This document shows, in pieces, positions 28,001-40,480 of a stretch of 64,000 nt of DNA. The notes under the pieces were generated by a model. It searched no databases, was not told the origin of the DNA, and saw only the letters and a program-made list of their open reading frames with translations. The translations under genes and the position numbers were made by a program. Numbering within the stretch: the first letter of the stretch is position 1; each line of letters opens with the position of its first letter. This DNA comes from Paramecium tetraurelia (lineage: Eukaryota): the NCBI GenBank assembly GCA_000165425.1, contig CT867999.1, positions 62,001 to 126,000 on the forward strand, written 5' to 3'.

Positions 28001-30250
28001 AATTTGGAAAATGTTATGATTGTATTCCAGGATGGAAATTAAAAAATTACTAATGCGAATCTGATTGTGGAAATAAATCAATCTAAGGTTAAGAAGAATG
28101 TGATGATATGAATTCTATTAGATTTGATGGATGTAATAATTGTAGAAATGATTGTTAAAGAGAATGTTCATATTGTTAAAAAGGAATCTGTTTAGATTGT
28201 ATATATGGTTGGCATTTAACTGATCATTTCATTTGTGAAGCTGAATGTGGAGATAATCTAATTGCTTTGATTTCATATGAAGAATGCGAAGATTCTAACT
28301 ATGTTTAATTTGACGGATGTTATTAATGTAAAATGGAATGCTGTCATTATTGCGATGTTTGTGTATATGGATATTGTTATAATTGTGAATATACATTTAC
28401 ATTAATTGATTAATATTGTATTCCAGTTTGTGGAGATGGATTAGTTACTGTTGGATATGAATAATGCGATGATATGAATGAAATGCCTTATGATGGTTGT
28501 TATAATTGTAATTACTAATGTAGAGAACATTGTAAATTATGTATTAAAGGGATATGTTAAGATAAGTGTTAGTATGGTTATGATGAAGTGGATTATGAAT
28601 GTTTACCAAGATGTGGTGATGGTATAATAGTTGAAGAAGAGGATTGCGATGATTAAAATGATGATTTATCTGATGGATGTTATAAATGTAAATTTCATTG
28701 TCCAGATCATTGTGAAATATGTGATTAAGGAAAATGTAAATTATGTGAATAAGGTTTTGAATTAAATGTTATTCTAAATTAATGTCTAACATATTGTGGT
28801 AATGGCATGGTTTCCTAATAAGAAGAATGTGATGATATGAATAAAGAGGATGGAGATGGTTGTTCAAGATTTTGTAAGATTGAAAGCGATTATCAATGTA
28901 GAAATTAAGAATTAAGTTTTTCATAATGTACTTATTCTAAACAACCAAGATTCTATCTTTAGTTTAAAGAAGAAAGAGATTAAAAATAATATGTTTCATT
29001 ATTATTCACTTAATAAGTTAAGTATTTAAATTAAGATTTATATTCCAAATACATATAAATGAATCTTATTGATATAGACATTGATATCTATTAATTGAAT
29101 TTGATTGTTATTTAAGAACCAGTTGAATATCCAAAAAATGTTGAGTACATAATAGAAATTTAAATAAATTAAACTTTATCTATTCGTCCTTACTTAGAAG
29201 TTACTTTAGATGAATAATTATATAATTCAGAAGATAATACACTTTTTAATTAGTATGATAAAATTTAATTAAAATAGCCTAGGTATATAGATGATTAAAA
29301 ATAAGAAGCAGCGGCTACTTTAAATTAAGCAAATAAATATTTGATGAATTCTGTTGGAGGAATTGGCATACTTGCTTTTTTCCTCGGAAATTCATTTATT
29401 TTTTCAAGTATTTTGGAAGTTTTACAATAATAATCTTATTTAAGATTTATTAATGTTGTATTTCCCTTTAATTTATTTATCTATTTTGAAGCAAGTAACA
29501 TAATAACTATGAAACCTATTTTATAATTCTTTAAAATTGATTCCTTAATGGCACCAACATTTGATTCAATATATATAGAATCTTATGAAAAACTGAAATT
29601 TTATGAAATTAATGCTGATCTATAAACTAACATTTAAACCTAAGTATTTCTCATTATAATCTTAATTATCATTTATTATTCTTGTGCTTTGCTTATAATT
29701 ATTATAGATGCAATCAAATTAGAATCATTACTTTTCATTGGTAAATATGGATATAAACTACTGATTTAAGTAAGAAGATTGTGTTGTAACTATTAGAAAG
29801 AATTTCGAAAGGATGGGGTTAAGGCATTTCTAATAGCAAATTGTTGGGATCTTTTTTTTACTTGCTTTTTGCAATTGAAATCATCACAATCATATACTAC
29901 ATTTAGATCCATAATTTGTTTACTCTTCGCATATCTAATATTTTATGGATGCTTGTTAATACTTAGATAATATATTTATAAGAATGAATTAATCAAACAA
30001 AATTGTTTTAGTTATTGGATTTCAAAAATGGATTTATTTTTCACTTTAAAAAAATTAATTTTCATTTTTATTTTAGTATGCTTCCAAAAAAATGAGTAAA
30101 TTCAAACAATCTTATTAACATTTGTATGTAATTTATATCTCTTTTATGCAATCAAATTCAAACCAGCCATAAATCAACAGGACTATTGCAATTTACTTAT
30201 GATGGAAGGAAGTGCCTTTATGTTTACCTTAACATCCTCTATGTATTGGA
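20988..30250. repeat. Long inverted repeat: arms about 20988-23890 and 27349-30250, spacer about 3.45 kb
   Basis: Reverse complement of the left arm matches the right arm base for base with scattered substitutions, from TGCGGTAATGGAATGAAAGAA to CTATGTATTGGA. Confidence 0.93.
25264..26037 (+). pseudogene. Possible decayed or hypothetical gene in the inverted-repeat spacer
   Basis: Protein-like segments (MVFDELQQFEF.., APYYVNKIMSFQGLWLE.., ILGAVIVGIPESSF..) not joined into one clean frame. Confidence 0.3.
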
Positions 30251-30474
30251 GTTAGATGTCTAATTTATTTACTTATGATACACAAGTGTTATTGGGTTGG
30301 GGACATATTGTATTATTGCTATCGGTGTTAATCATCAATCTTCTTTTATAAATAATTACTCTATTTTAGTAATTAAAAATGTACGTAAAAAAAAAATTAT
30401 GGAAAACAGATTAGAAACATTTTATGAACTCAAACCCTTACCCATTAACTAATCTGATGGAATTCAAATTGTGA
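26203..30474 (+). CDS. Cys-rich multi-TM surface protein, paralog B
   Basis: Signal peptide; two DSWDxE domains interrupted by short introns; CGxG/ECDD repeats; multi-TM tail ending NPYPLTNLMEFKL* (TGA 30472-30474). Confidence 0.9.
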
Positions 30475-30578
30475 TAACAAATTTTTTTCATTTATTATAT
30501 ATTTAATTAAATTTAAAAACCAATTTGTTCTTAACATACTGAAATAACGTTGGATGTAAAATAAATTAATATTATATT

Positions 30579-31919
30579 TCATTAATTTTGTACTTTTTTT
30601 AAAGGTTTTTGATTTATTTCTTTTTTTTTTACTTCTAAAATTACTCCATAAGCTATCATATGACGGTTATCTACAATTGCTATTTTTCCTAATTAAGGAT
30701 AATCAAAATGATTTTCTAAAGTAATCTACTTTATAGGTTTAAATTCAACAACTCCTACATCTCCAGCTTTTAAATCCTAAGGATTCTCAATATTTTGATT
30801 TTAATCATTAAGACTTGTTTTTTATGAAATTTACACAATGCTACATTACATTCTTTTAGTTAGGAAATGTATTGTATAATACTACTTTGGCTTGAGTTAA
30901 TGCTTAAAGTCTTCCATGAGCTTTAATTTTACTACAAATGTTGCACATTCTAAAGCTGGATTATTATCAATGTCTGAAAAAACATATCCATTTTTAATAT
31001 CTTTGTGGGAAAGATTAGATAAATGAACTCCAATTAAATAGCCAGGAAATCCTTTGTTTAAAATAAAATGATGATTTTCAATTGCTTTTACACTTGATTT
31101 AAGTGGAACTGGAGCAAAGCTTAAAATCTAATTTGGCATCAATGTTCCATACAATAATTTTCCAAGAGCAACAGTGCCAACTCCAGGTATTTTAATACAA
31201 TCATGCATTACAAATCTGAGGGGCTTGCTAACTAAATCTTCTATATCATCAATTTGGATCTGATCTAGAGCTTCAATTAAGGTTGGACCCTTATACCAGT
31301 CCATATGTTATTTCTTTGTGTTGATATTTTCAGCATCTATTAAAGATATTGGAACAAAGGAGATTTATTTTGGATTTATTTCAAATTTTGCTAAACGCTA
31401 AGAGAAATCATTCACAACATATTCATAGCAATCTTATTGATATTCAACTAAATCCATATCGTTAATGGCACAAATGATGTGCTTTTTGCCCAAAGCCATC
31501 CATAATCGTAGTTGTAATTCCAGAGTGCTTTATCCTTTAAAATCTTACACATATTTTTCTTTAACTCCGCTCAATACAAAAACTGCAATCTCTCCATAAG
31601 CAATTCCAAGTTACATTTAGTTTATGTATTAATATTACCCCGGGATATTGATCAAAGTGTACTTTTTATTTGATATTGTAAAATGAAAAGTCGAAAATAT
31701 TTATGTTTGTTTTGTTTTACGCTCAGTTCTAAGACGATCCATCAAAAAAGCATATCTCAGATGAGGATTTTCTTAAACCTATGGATGTTCATCGATTCTC
31801 ACTAAAGCATATGGAGAAACATAATTTAATTCGTTGACTATTAGGCCAGCTACTGTTGATTTCCCTTAACCATGAGCTCCTAAAAGGACAACCAAATGAT
31901 TGCCTATTTCTTGTTACAT
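30579..31919 (-). CDS. Highly divergent eEF1A-like translational GTPase paralog
   Basis: Intronless 446 aa: GAHGQGKST, RYAFLMDRLRTER, FVPIS..ENI..MDWYKGPTLIEALD, KPLRF..IPGVGTVALGKL, domain III LKAGDVGVVEFKP..YPQLGKIAI. Confidence 0.9.
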
Positions 31920-32121
31920 AAATGCTTTACTTAAATGATAATGATACAAAATTGCTTTTATAAACACAATTTGATAATATAGAATAATCGTTTTGACAGA
32001 AACAAATTTATATTTATCAATACTTAGGGGAAAGTTGAAAGATATAAGATTGCTTTAAAAAAAGTAATTAATAAACAAAATTATTTTATTAAAATAAATA
32101 GGTTTATACTAACTTAAATAA

Positions 32122-33078
32122 ATGAATAAACAAAGCTTATAAGAATTTAAAGTAAATATCTGCTAAAACGCTTCATGTTAAGTAAGATAGGATCATGTTT
32201 TACCATTATAATAAATGATATAGTGTTAATATTATCACAATAATAGTGACAAAAGAAGAAACAGTAATAATTATAAGCCAATATACATATCTGATTCAAA
32301 TAATGAGGCGAATGACTTTTGCAATAATATTATTGAATATTTGTATCATCCTCGAATATATGGTACTCTGCCATGCAAATTTTAAAAGTAAAAATAAAAA
32401 TAAATAAAATAAAATCAGATCTTAGAATTGCAAAGCTCAACATTGTCCATTTAAGCATGATGAAAATTATATAAAATAAGCATTTCAATACAAAATATTC
32501 ACAAAATTAAATTAGATCTTGGAGAGCAAATCAAAGGAGAATGATGTATGATATATATTAAAATATTTAGTTAATATTTAATTCTAAAAAATACATTCAA
32601 CGAATAGAGATCGATTAATTTGAAGATTTGAAACACGAGTTTAAACAATTTAAGGAGATTCGAATGGATTTGATAATGAATTACATATGTGCTTTTTTGA
32701 ACTCTTAAGGCGGAATCTTATATATAGGAATCACAGATAAAGGAATAGCCTAAGGAATCAAAATGACAAGGAAGTAAAAGGACGACTTTCAAATTGAATT
32801 CGATAACATTCTGAGACACTTTGATCCAATCGTTCTACCATAGTAAGTTGAATTAATGTTTGTTCCTATTTACAAAGATGAGCTAATAATGATATAGGAT
32901 TTATTTGTTATTGAGATAAAAATTAATGTTGTAGATAAAAAATAATTATATTTCACTAATTAAAATGAAGCCTATATCAAGAGAAACGCAACGATTAATT
33001 AGTTGAAGCCTAAAGAAATAAAGTAATATTATTTATTGTATAAAAAGAGATTTAGTACTTCTTAAGTTGATGAGTTGA
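32122..33078 (+). CDS. Unkempt-type CCCH zinc finger + Schlafen/AlbA_2 domain protein (291 aa)
   Basis: LQEFKVNIC..C..H..CQYYH..DKRR; EYLYHPRIYGTLPC..C..HCPFKH; then FEDLKHEFK, YICAFLNSQGGILYIGITDKGIAQGI, FVIEIKI, AYIKRNAT. Introns 32388-32418, 32546-32570 and 33023-33047 keep frame. Confidence 0.88.
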
Positions 33079-33926
33079 TTATAAATATTGTTTTATTGTA
33101 CTAATTAAATCTTCTAATGACATGGATTATTTCTGTATCTTAAACAAATAAATTAATAAGATTTCATATATTAAATTTCACATTCAATTTTCAAGTTATC
33201 TTTCATCAATAATGGCTTCTAATTTTAATTATATCTTCATATTATTCATAATGACTGATTGTGCATCATTAATTTAAATGTCATAAAATTATATAGAATA
33301 AAGATATCTATTATAATATTATCTTGAATATCTACTTTATTAAGAAAGATAATCATAATATACCAAAGGAGCAAGAATCATAACAAATCTATTAAATACT
33401 TAACAAGATGCTTGGAAGAAGAAGCATAAATAAAAGTTTAATATATTTAAAATGGTAATAAATTTTGAGATTATTATTTTTATTAATTTGAGTTTCAAAA
33501 TAGAAATGATATATTAATAATTTTAGATTGGTTAGATTAAGTTAAAGATGGATCAATTTTTTTAATTTTTATCTATTTCTTAAATTTGGTTGGATTATTA
33601 CAGTATTTTCAGGCCATAAACTAGTTATTTAGAAGATAATAGTAATAAGAATTATGAATATTATATGATTATAATATTCTTTCTCCACATTGGAATATAA
33701 AACAAATAGTTATAAATTGTTATGTTATCTTGCTGTTTTAATCAAATGATATATTTGTATTGCTGAAAATTTTATGATCTACTCAGAACCGAGAATATAA
33801 TATGATGGATTCCCTTAAATTTAAGTATTCAAAATGCTTTATAAAAAAGAATAGAAAATTAATAATTTTAATATGTTTTCGTTTTAGAAAGTCATAATAC
33901 TTGAGCAAAGGCTGACAATTTAGATT

Positions 33927-35331
33927 TCAGCATAATTTACTTTTGGTAAATGAAACATTGATTTTTCTGCCCATTACTTCCTTACCATGAAGTAGAGCTG
34001 CTCCATTCAATGCTTCTTCTAATGATGATAGTCTTACTAATGCCATGTGCTTTTATCTAAATGCTAATATTTACTATACTTATCAATATGTATGAATTTA
34101 ATCGCCTAAACATTTCCAATTCCTTTGAATAATTCCTTAATGTAAGATTCTTCCTCACATATTTTACCTTTTATGTTACTTAAATGTAAGGTCTGACTTG
34201 GTGGATTGATGGAGATTGACTTTGATTCACTAAATCTAAATTAAGATTTTTGTGGCACAAACACTACAGTCTATGGTGATTGAATTGGTAGAGGTAATTA
34301 TATTTCTTAGTAATTCGAATAAAAGATTTTAAGCTTTGAGCCAAAAAAGACTTAATTGTTCAAATGATCTAAAGCATTTTAAGCATGGGAGAGTTTCTAA
34401 AATTGAACTAAGGCTGATGCTTTATGTTTAATTTAAATGATAGCTAACACATTTCCAAAATTGGACAATAAATTAAAAATGTTTAATGGTGTAATATTTT
34501 AATTAATGAGACCTCTTATATAAACTACTTTAGAGGGCTAATTTTCTCTAAGAAATTAAGGTGATACATAAGTATATGGATCTATGTCTTGGTTTTTTGT
34601 TTTATCTTCTACTTCTGGAATGGAAAACATGTAGGAATTCAGATATATATTTTTTTCAGATGAAAATGCAAGCATTATGTCTTCGTCGATGGGATCATGT
34701 TCATTATCATCACATTAAATAGATTTGTAGGATGAAAACTGATTGTATCTAGGAGAATCTCCATCATCAATAAATTCCAGCGAAGTTAATATTCTTGAAG
34801 GTTCCCATTCATTTTTTTATTCCTATAGTTCATATTTATCGTTTAAGCTAGCCCTCGTTCCTTCATTCCAGATACCGACAAAACTTTATTTGATATCTTA
34901 TTAATGCTAGAATATAGTAGGTTAACTAAATGTTTTGGAATGATAGTCATGCTCATAATTGTTAGTGGTTTTTGTAGAATTTCCCTGTCTAATCGATTTG
35001 TAATCTACACCCCCTGAATTATTGTTGAGGAAGGTGACATTCTACAATGTCGAATAATAACTAAAAGACTTAGACAATAAATTTACACATTCATGATTGT
35101 TTAATCATACAATTAACATCCATTTAATTATTACTAAGAAAACCTCGCTTATTATAAAGTGGCCATCTCAACAAAGCATTTCCATAGTTTGCCCTTCTCA
35201 AATATCAGAATTTTATCCACCTCTCCAAAATTAGAGAAGTATCGATAGAACAAGGAATGTGGTAGCATTATTGATTAAGGATTCTATACAATCACCAACA
35301 ATACTTTAGTTTACTCATTCTCAGATATCAT
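33927..35331 (-). CDS. PTB/hnRNP L-like multi-RRM RNA-binding protein
   Basis: KVLLVIV..YFSNFGEVDKILIFEK..CFVEM; PSKVVYIRGL..FNLLSNFGNV..ALVQF; PPSQTLHLSNI..MALVRL..INVSFTKS. Start could lie slightly further upstream. Confidence 0.85.
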
Positions 35332-35559
35332 TAATACAATAATAAATTATATATTTATATCGATTACATTTTAAATATTTCATAGATTCTTCTGCATATA
35401 TTACTTCTTGTGGAATAGTTTACTTCATAAATATCTTCTATTAGATCTTGGGTTACTCATAAAGTAGTTCCTCTTCAAAATAATCAAGCAGTTATTCATT
35501 TGAAATTATTAACCAAAAATTTAATATCAAATGTTATAAAAAATATTATAAAACTCAAT

Positions 35560-38500
35560 ATGCAAGTCTTAATTAATTCAATCTATGAATCATCTGGAGA
35601 CACCAGAATTGAATTAATTAACTTAATGCAAGAGGACATCAAAGCAAAAAAGGGAATTGTTCTGGGTGACTTAAGCAGAATGTTCATCATGATAAACCAG
35701 ATGCTCATGGATACAAATAAATAAGTGATCTTAGCTACTCATGGATTGCTGTCATCTGTATGTCTATTAACTTAATATGTCAAGCTAATTGATTACCTAT
35801 TACCAGCTGAATTAGAAGGAGGTCTAAAACACTTTGAAAATTAGCTTGTACATAATCTGGCTGACAGCGATAGACAGATAAGGAAATCAACCAAGGCCAT
35901 TTTCCTTAAATTCATTGCTAAGACTAGAAATTCAGAATAGGTTTTGGAACTATTAAGCGAATCCTTTAAAAATAAAAATTTTTATATTAGAGAAAGAGCT
36001 ATAAATTTAATCCCTGATATTTTTATAGCAGATAAGTCAATATTTTGCAATAGAACTGGGTAGACTTGTAAATTAATTTAGAATTAATGAAGTGAGAAAA
36101 GTTATTGAATCTATAATAATTCACTTAAACGACGTTAACGAATCTGTTCGAAAAGCAAGTAAGAAAGTGATTTAGAATCTCAAGAACATTGAAAATTTTG
36201 AATTAGTTTATAGAAGATTAGCAATTTAGCATTAAAATGTAGTTGATAAAATACAACAAGAAATGCCCCCAAAGGTTGATAAATTTATTGAATTGAATTT
36301 CAAGATCTAAGAACACACAGATCCACTGATTGATTAATTCGTACCCTTTGAGTTTATAGCAAAAACTAATCTAACTATAGATGATTTTCCCTATGATTTA
36401 AAGACATAATTATATTTTGGCTTTTTGCCAAAGGAGATACTCTAAGACACCTTGAATCAAAAAGATCTAGCGATTAGAGAAAAGGGAATTACAGAATTAA
36501 ACATGTAGTTTTTTGAAGATGAGAGTGAACCCTAAAATTATGACCAAAAAACAGTGGATAAAATAGTAAGGGGAAGCTTTATGCCATCATTCTTCAAATA
36601 CATCTCTTCCTTGTTTTTTAGTTAAGACAAGAAAATAATATTGATGATCCTAAATATTGTTGGCAAAGTTATGCAAGTTCCAGGAGTTTAAGTAAATGTT
36701 TATTTGCCCCTTTGTTTGCCCGGATTAATCTAATGTCTTAAGGATGAAAGAGTAGTTATCAGGTAGAAGGCACTGTTTCTGTTGAGGAAACTAACAAATT
36801 ACATCAGCAAGAAATAATATTTTTAAAACTTAATATATTTCTTAGAGTAAAATATGGACAATTGGCATTAGAAGGAAGAAATACTAAACTTGATTTCTTA
36901 TTTGGTGTTGATGATTCATCCAAGTGAATAATGGTTTTATGGAGTTGATTTGAAGGAAATGAATATAAAATAAGAAAAATAAGTTGAGGAATTGTCCTTT
37001 AATCTACGAGAAGTAGACTTTAAAAAGAGCTTGATTGCTATTGCTTCTTATCTAAATGATCCTATAGCTAAAGTTAAGTTTGCTTCTCTGGAATGTCTTA
37101 GTTTATTAGCTTATTTAGACAAGAAGCATCTGGAATACCTACATGAAGTTCTGAATAATTAAGTTTATGAAAAGTTGAATGATAAGGTAGACAATGGAAT
37201 TGTATATTTTATAAATGAAAATGGAAATTTGGAATTACCTTAATTTAATATCAAAAAATTAGAAGAACAAAAAATACAATCATAAATTAAATTGTCAATG
37301 GTTTAATCCGTGTAAAGTGAGCCTAAACCTTAAACTCCAGTAGAATCAGAAAAATCAGAAGAAAGTCGTTATAAAATAACCTATTACTATGATAAGTTTC
37401 AAATGTCATTGAATGATAAAATCATTAAATCAAATGCCTCAATTGATAGTTTGTTCGCTTCAGAGCACAAAAATAATCAAGGAACTAAATATGATATGAT
37501 AATTCCAATAGGATAATTTTAACAGACGAAAGCGAATGAGTAATTCAAATTAATCAACTCTAACATATATTTGGAAAAGGAAAAGGTAGATGATAACCCA
37601 TATGAAGATGAGGTTATGCATTCTGATGAAGAGGAATTGCAATCTATTGAATTTGAATACCCAACACGAACTCTGAAATATAGAGGCCATGCTCCAGATC
37701 AAATAACAAAATCTAAATATTAACCTATTGATGATATAAAGTCTAGGGTGTTTCATACAATTAAATAATTAAACGAGGACATCAATGTAGACTTACAAAT
37801 ACCTAAGGTTATTAAGGCTAACGTAGGAGCCTATTCTGGGTATAAATATGAAAATGAGGAGGAAGCAGATGATGAAGAAATATTTATTGATACAAAACTA
37901 ATAAAATAACAACATAAATTAACACAACCTACATAAGAAGAATCAATAGAATTTGAAGAAAAACTAGTTAAAGAAAACCTTGTGGATAATCAAATAGAAT
38001 ATGTTTAAGAAATAATAAAGAATTAATAATTGATTTACACTCCAGAATAAAGATATCAGAAAAGGTTAGATGAATTTCTCTTATCTTTTGAGTAAAGAGA
38101 TGGAAAAAATAAAGGAAGAAATGCAAGAAAATTAAAGAAGAAGCTTAAAGAGATTGCAAAATAGGAGGAATTACCAAGAGTGTTTGATATGCCTGTTTAT
38201 ATTGATAATGCTAGAGCAGAAACTGCTGCCTTGTTGATTAATTTATCCTCTTTAAATTTGGATTTATTGGCAATGTCACTACATAAGTTTAGAGTATTGT
38301 TATAGAATCATTTATCCGATGTATATGCCTCATAGGTTCCATTGTTATAAATTGTGAATGATGTATGCAGAATCTTGTCAACATAAAGTAATAATCCACT
38401 GTATGCTATTGATTATTCATAATATAAAAAGAATATACCTCCGTAGATAGTTGTGAGAAAAATAGTTTTTATTGCTCTTTAGACTTTGAGTATTGCAGTG

Positions 38501-39067
38501 CAAACTTTGAGAAGTACGTTAATTTAAGTCTAGAAAATGTTTACTGTTTGTGGAGTTTGGGTTTAGGATGAGAATAAATAAGTGAGTCAATAGGCTGAGC
38601 AAACTATGCTTGACATATTGAGATTTTGCGACGATTCTTAATTGTAGAACATATTACCAAATCTATATAACAAATAATCTTTTAATAGCAAAATCTATGT
38701 TGGCGTCCTCATTGAACATTTAATAATAAAGTATCAAAAAGAAATATTTAAATCAGTTCATTTTGTTAATATCATCTAATTGATATCTTAGATGGTCATA
38801 GATCAATCTTTTGATGTGAGAAGGATTGGAAAAAAAGTATTTTTTAAGATCTTAACTCTCGGAAAATATCAAATCGATGAAATTGTTATGTAAATGCATT
38901 TATAAGAGAAGAATCAGATGAAAGAATTAATGCAGAGATATGACGAATTAGTTACTGATCATTAAATTGGAATCTTCGATTAGGAGGAGTACATGGGATT
39001 ATAGGTGATGCCCCAAAAATTCAATTTTGAATATGAAATGATAGATGACCAAATATACATGAAATGA
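35560..39067 (+). CDS. TOG/HEAT-repeat protein (TOGARAM/crescerin-like)
   Basis: HEAT repeats (NLADSDRQIRKST, KNKNFYIRERA, LIQCLKDERVVIRQKA, LNDPIAKVKFASLECL, DQSFDVRRIGK) split by a charged linker; TGA 39065-39067. Confidence 0.72.
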
Positions 39068-39209
39068 TACTGAATTATATATATATATATTATATGTGTC
39101 AAAATACTATAAATGAATTAAATTTCCATAAGAATTGTGGATTATTGTGTTGAATTATATTGAAAATATAAATTTTTGTTTATAAAATTTGTTTAATAAT
39201 ATTTATTCC

Positions 39210-39891
39210 ATGTTGCAATGTTATTAGGTATATTATATAGACTTAATCCAAGATACTGAAAAATAAGAATGGAAGAGTTATTGTAGAGCTGGATGAATAA
39301 TTAATGGAAGAGATAATTAACGATTATAGCTTATGTCAATAGATTAAAAATGAATCATAATCCAGTCAATAAGATGAAAAGAAATTTCAAAGAAGAATTG
39401 TTCCCTTCTTCTTGAATTAGTTTAAACATTGGGCAAAGTAAATGGATTATAAGAAAGTTGAGTGTTATTTGAAAGTTATTCAAAGTCGTAAAACTTCAAA
39501 ATAACAAAAATGGGAATTAGGAGATTTGCAAAAAGTATTCGGTCCTATTAATCCGAGAACTAAATGTATATAGATTGAAACTCAATAAAGATGGAAAGAG
39601 TTCTTAGATTAACAGGCTGAAACGACTGTTATCATGAATAATAAAATAAAGGATTAACAAACAAAAGGGAAATATATAGACGCAATTCTGCAACTAAAAT
39701 AAGAGCTCTCTAAAAAAACTCCCTATTATAGATTTTTGAGTATCCCACCTAGCTTAACATGTGATTATAAAATAAACACAGAAACTTGTTTGGATGAGCA
39801 GAATTAAAATGATGTTGAGTGTTTTATTGAGAATTCCGATTAAGAACGATTATTCACTTCCTTTATCGAATAAGATAAAGAATCTAATTGA
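39210..39891 (+). CDS. Hypothetical protein
   Basis: ATG 39210, 25-nt first intron, long code-6 frame to TGA 39889-39891. Confidence 0.65.
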
Positions 39892-40480
39892 AAATATATA
39901 TATAAATGAATAATTTTAAAACTGTCATCTGACGTATTATTTATATATCAATAGTATTTTTTTTTAAAATAAAGTGAATTAATTCTTCATTAATCAATAT
40001 TTATTATATTTTAGGCAAACTGTAGGATATATCAGAAACATTTCTTATGGTTTTTTATAATACAAATATTAATTGTTCATTTTGATTTTCATTTAATTCA
40101 ACTTATTCGCTCAATGAAAAAATATTTAGTGTATCATATCCACATCTAACTATCCTATAAGAATCATTACATTTAATAAAAGAAATAATTTTATCTTTAT
40201 GAAATGGTTCAAAATATTTTTTACAGAATATTTAATAAATGTATAATACTAATTTTTTAATTGCAATAAATAAAATAAATTATTACTGTTTTATCAAAGG
40301 TCTAATAAAGTATTAAGCTAGAAGTGATATATAAATTTCAAGAATATTTTGATTTCGATAAACGTTTAGAAAGTTACTAATCAAACGAATTGGAATTCAG
40401 TAATTATTTAGAAACAATTATTAAGCAATTCAATATTTTCTCAAATATTTTTTATTTTGTAAATTAATTTTGATTACATC

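Noticed and set aside
27349..28900. Periodic TGTGATGAT/TGTGGA repeats as a CRISPR-like or satellite array
   Set aside because: They are codons of Cys-rich protein repeats in an open frame of a eukaryotic gene
20988..30250. Inverted repeat as transposon terminal inverted repeats
   Set aside because: Arms are internal parts of host surface-protein genes; no transposase or target-site duplication seen
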